Of a stretch of 64,000 nt of DNA, positions 61,535 to 64,000 are shown piece after piece (within the stretch, counting starts at the first letter, position 1; every line of letters begins with the position of its first letter). Under the pieces are notes generated by a model. That model ran no database searches and was not told the origin of the DNA. It saw only the letters and a program-made list of their open reading frames with translations. A program made the translations under genes and the position numbers. The DNA comes from Diadema antillarum (lineage: Eukaryota), in assembly GCF_040938485.1 (NCBI RefSeq), contig NW_027271444.1:248001-312000 (forward strand), given 5' to 3'.

Positions 61535-63745
61535 TATTAAGGTGGGAAAGGATAGAGAGAGAGAAAAAAAAAAGAGAGGGGAGAGAGAAAAAAGAAGAGT
61601 AAAAGAAAACTGGGGTATGCGCTATTATTAGCATTCATCTCTGAAATGTCTCATGCCAGTCGAAGCATGACATTTCAGGTTACGCACTGCGGCATGCCGG
61701 TGCTCGTATGAACCACATGTGATTTGACAAGCAAAGAGGAGCGTTGAACCAGCCTTGCGCTGCCTGCAACTGTTCAAACTGAGCGTGCCGTTTTCAGCGC
61801 CGGATTTACGGTCACCCGAGACGACAGATATCGGTTTGTTCTGGCCCTATCGACACCGGTGCCATTTACACAAAACACACGTGTGAAAACAAAACAAAAC
61901 AAAACAAATAAAGAGAAGTGTGCACGCCGTCTACCAACGTCTGAGGCAAGCTATGAAGACGTTAGTCTTGTCTTGCTAACCTACTCTATAGCTTCAATTC
62001 TACAACTAGCCGATAGCTGTGTTTCAGTTCGAACAATACGGTATACCCAGAGTTTTTTAACTTAAGGTTACAGCTCAAGCTAAACAATGCTGTTTCAAAG
62101 GGGCATTTTCACTGTTCTTTTTTTATTAATCCTTTTGGCTAACAGTTGAAGCTATCCAAAGGTCCGGGTTCAAAGGCAATGAACTTCTCGCCCAGGGTCG
62201 AGGGTCCAAGCTGCCAACCGGGTCGAATCGGAAGCTTGCTATTTGACCGAAGACAGTGTTCTTTCAGGGGTGCATATTAGATATCAATTATAACATGTAA
62301 TAGTATTTATCATTGTGATTTTATCCGTGGCAAAGCGCTACATTGCGCATGAGCGTTCCCTTTCTTCAGTATAATTCGAAGCAGCCGCTGAAAACCAATT
62401 ATTTTGCTTTAGATTGCGGACTGGTTTGCAACCTAATTATCTAAACATGCAATGCCCCTTTCATGGACTGCTATTCTCTCTAATATTTATCATTATTTTT
62501 CTCTTTTTTGGGGAGGGGGGGGGGGGAGTACAGGAGTGCCTGATGGTATTCTCATCGACACCACACTTTATCAACTGAACAAACATAGCACATTGTCATA
62601 AACAGGGGATCAGTATTCGTCACACGTTATAGCATTAAAATTAGGTGCATAGGTGAGTATGGGTGCATCAGCTGAAATGATTTCATTCGCGATCAGAATA
62701 GCAAGTCCAAATTCAGGAAAAATCGATGAGAAAAGTAAACCACACATAGATAGTCTATTTGATTCCAATTCATCCTGTCCCCACCATAATAAGAAAGTTA
62801 CGAGTTTTCAGAGTCGCTCGTATGTGGCTTACCCTCGAAGTAAAAATATCGCGCTATATATAGCATGGTATGAAGACAAATTTTCTGCCTTCTTTTGCAA
62901 AAGGGTCTGATATGTAATGTGGAGGTATACTGTTCATTGGATTCCACTTAGCCGGAAGATTGGCATAATTTTCGTCAATTCATCAATGATCCGAAAGAGT
63001 TCGCAGACAGGAATTCGCGTATAGAGCTTGGCTGACAAGTATCATGTCCATGCTGCCTTTACGACTGGCTAGGTAAGGTTCACACAAAGGAAGGATTGGC
63101 TTATTCACTCGAATATTCTCTAGACTTCTTGTGTTCCGGAAGAGCGTCCCTATAAGTATCTGATCGCAGAATTTTTGTTTGTGTAAATCACAATTTATGC
63201 CACTTTTGAAATCGTGATTTTAAAAACGTGGAATCGTCGTGGTGATCTTATCACATCTTATCGGATTTTGAGGTCAGCTGTGGCAATTGCATTGATCGTA
63301 GAGAATTTTTCAACCGTCTAAGACTTGCCTACGATCAATGCGATTGCCTTGACTGACCTCAAGGTCTGAAGAGATCACCATGACTACACAACGATTAAGA
63401 CCATGATTTCAACAATGACGCAAATTATGATTGACACAAACAAAAATTCCACGATCAGCTACTAACGGCCAATCGCACGACAGCGGGAACCCAGAAAAGG
63501 AAAGAAAATACATAAAACCGTTCTTCGATGAGCATGACTGAACAAAAACACATTAATTCTCTAACCACTTTATACATGCTTTCTCGACGAGTGTAAACAC
63601 ACCTGCATGGTCTGATTATTATTTCAAAATAAGTCTGTGAGATTATCGTCAGTTAGAAGCACCCCTCCTCGATCAAAGACGCTTTGCCAAATTTTGCTAT
63701 CTATCTGGTGTGGGGTATATTCTCTCGAGTGCACGTCGCAAGTTT

Positions 63746-64000
63746 GACACCCACGAATCATACAGCCCACGAGTCATACAGCCCACGAGTCATACAGCCC
63801 ATGGGTTCGACACTAAGCAACCAAGGCCTCACGAGACCACCACATTTAGTCCCGTGTTGTAATGTCGAACTCGAGGGTTGTTTTTAGTTTAATAGTGTCG
63901 AACTCATGGGCTGCATGACTTGTGGGATGTGTGACTCGTGGACCTTTTTTCTATGTCAAACTCGTGGATTGTATGACTCATGCATGTCAGTCTTGTGGGA
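63746..64000. repeat. Fold-back element with ~16-bp subterminal repeats, cut by the window edge
   Basis: CCCACGAGTCATACAG x3 on the left; inverted degenerate copies (TGTATGACTCRTGGG-like) on the right. Confidence 0.6.

Noticed and set aside
62150-62240. Possible tRNA gene or tRNA-derived SINE
   Set aside because: No cloverleaf or intact A/B boxes; at most a decayed SINE fragment.
62820-62900. Strong minus-strand donor GAGG|GTAAGC at 62832 as RASD exon 1
   Set aside because: The upstream frames do not encode LSILTG or any G-box.

Overview
Eukaryotic (metazoan) genomic DNA: AT-rich, repeat-dense, with spliceosomal introns and three short N gaps. An invertebrate deuterostome such as a sea urchin is my inference from repeat style and CpG pattern, not something the sequence proves. 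Two host genes are supported and lie tail-to-tail. (1) A complete 8-exon WBP2/WBP2NL-family gene on + (CDS 32494-46479, 248 aa, GRAM domain plus two PPxY motifs, probable poly(A) signal at 49997). (2) The last coding exon of a RASD1/RASD2 (Dexras1/Rhes)-family small GTPase on - (53647-54218, CaaX end CVLQ); I could not find its first exon in the window. The rest is mostly transposon-derived. The standout is a 5.08-kb fold-back element (13006-18088) with 154-bp TIRs, TAC..GTA ends and a 6-bp TSD (IS3EU-like), filled with roughly 90 copies of a 53-bp palindromic unit and an internally triplicated inversion centre. Also present: three Helentron-type non-autonomous elements (HINEs) carrying ~160/320-bp tandem arrays, a decayed Tc1 transposase, a decayed Penelope-like RT/GIY-YIG, two hammerhead-ribozyme-like motifs, several MITEs, LINE tails and microsatellites. 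No rRNA, tRNA or CRISPR array was recognised. Most ORFs in the supplied track are spurious.
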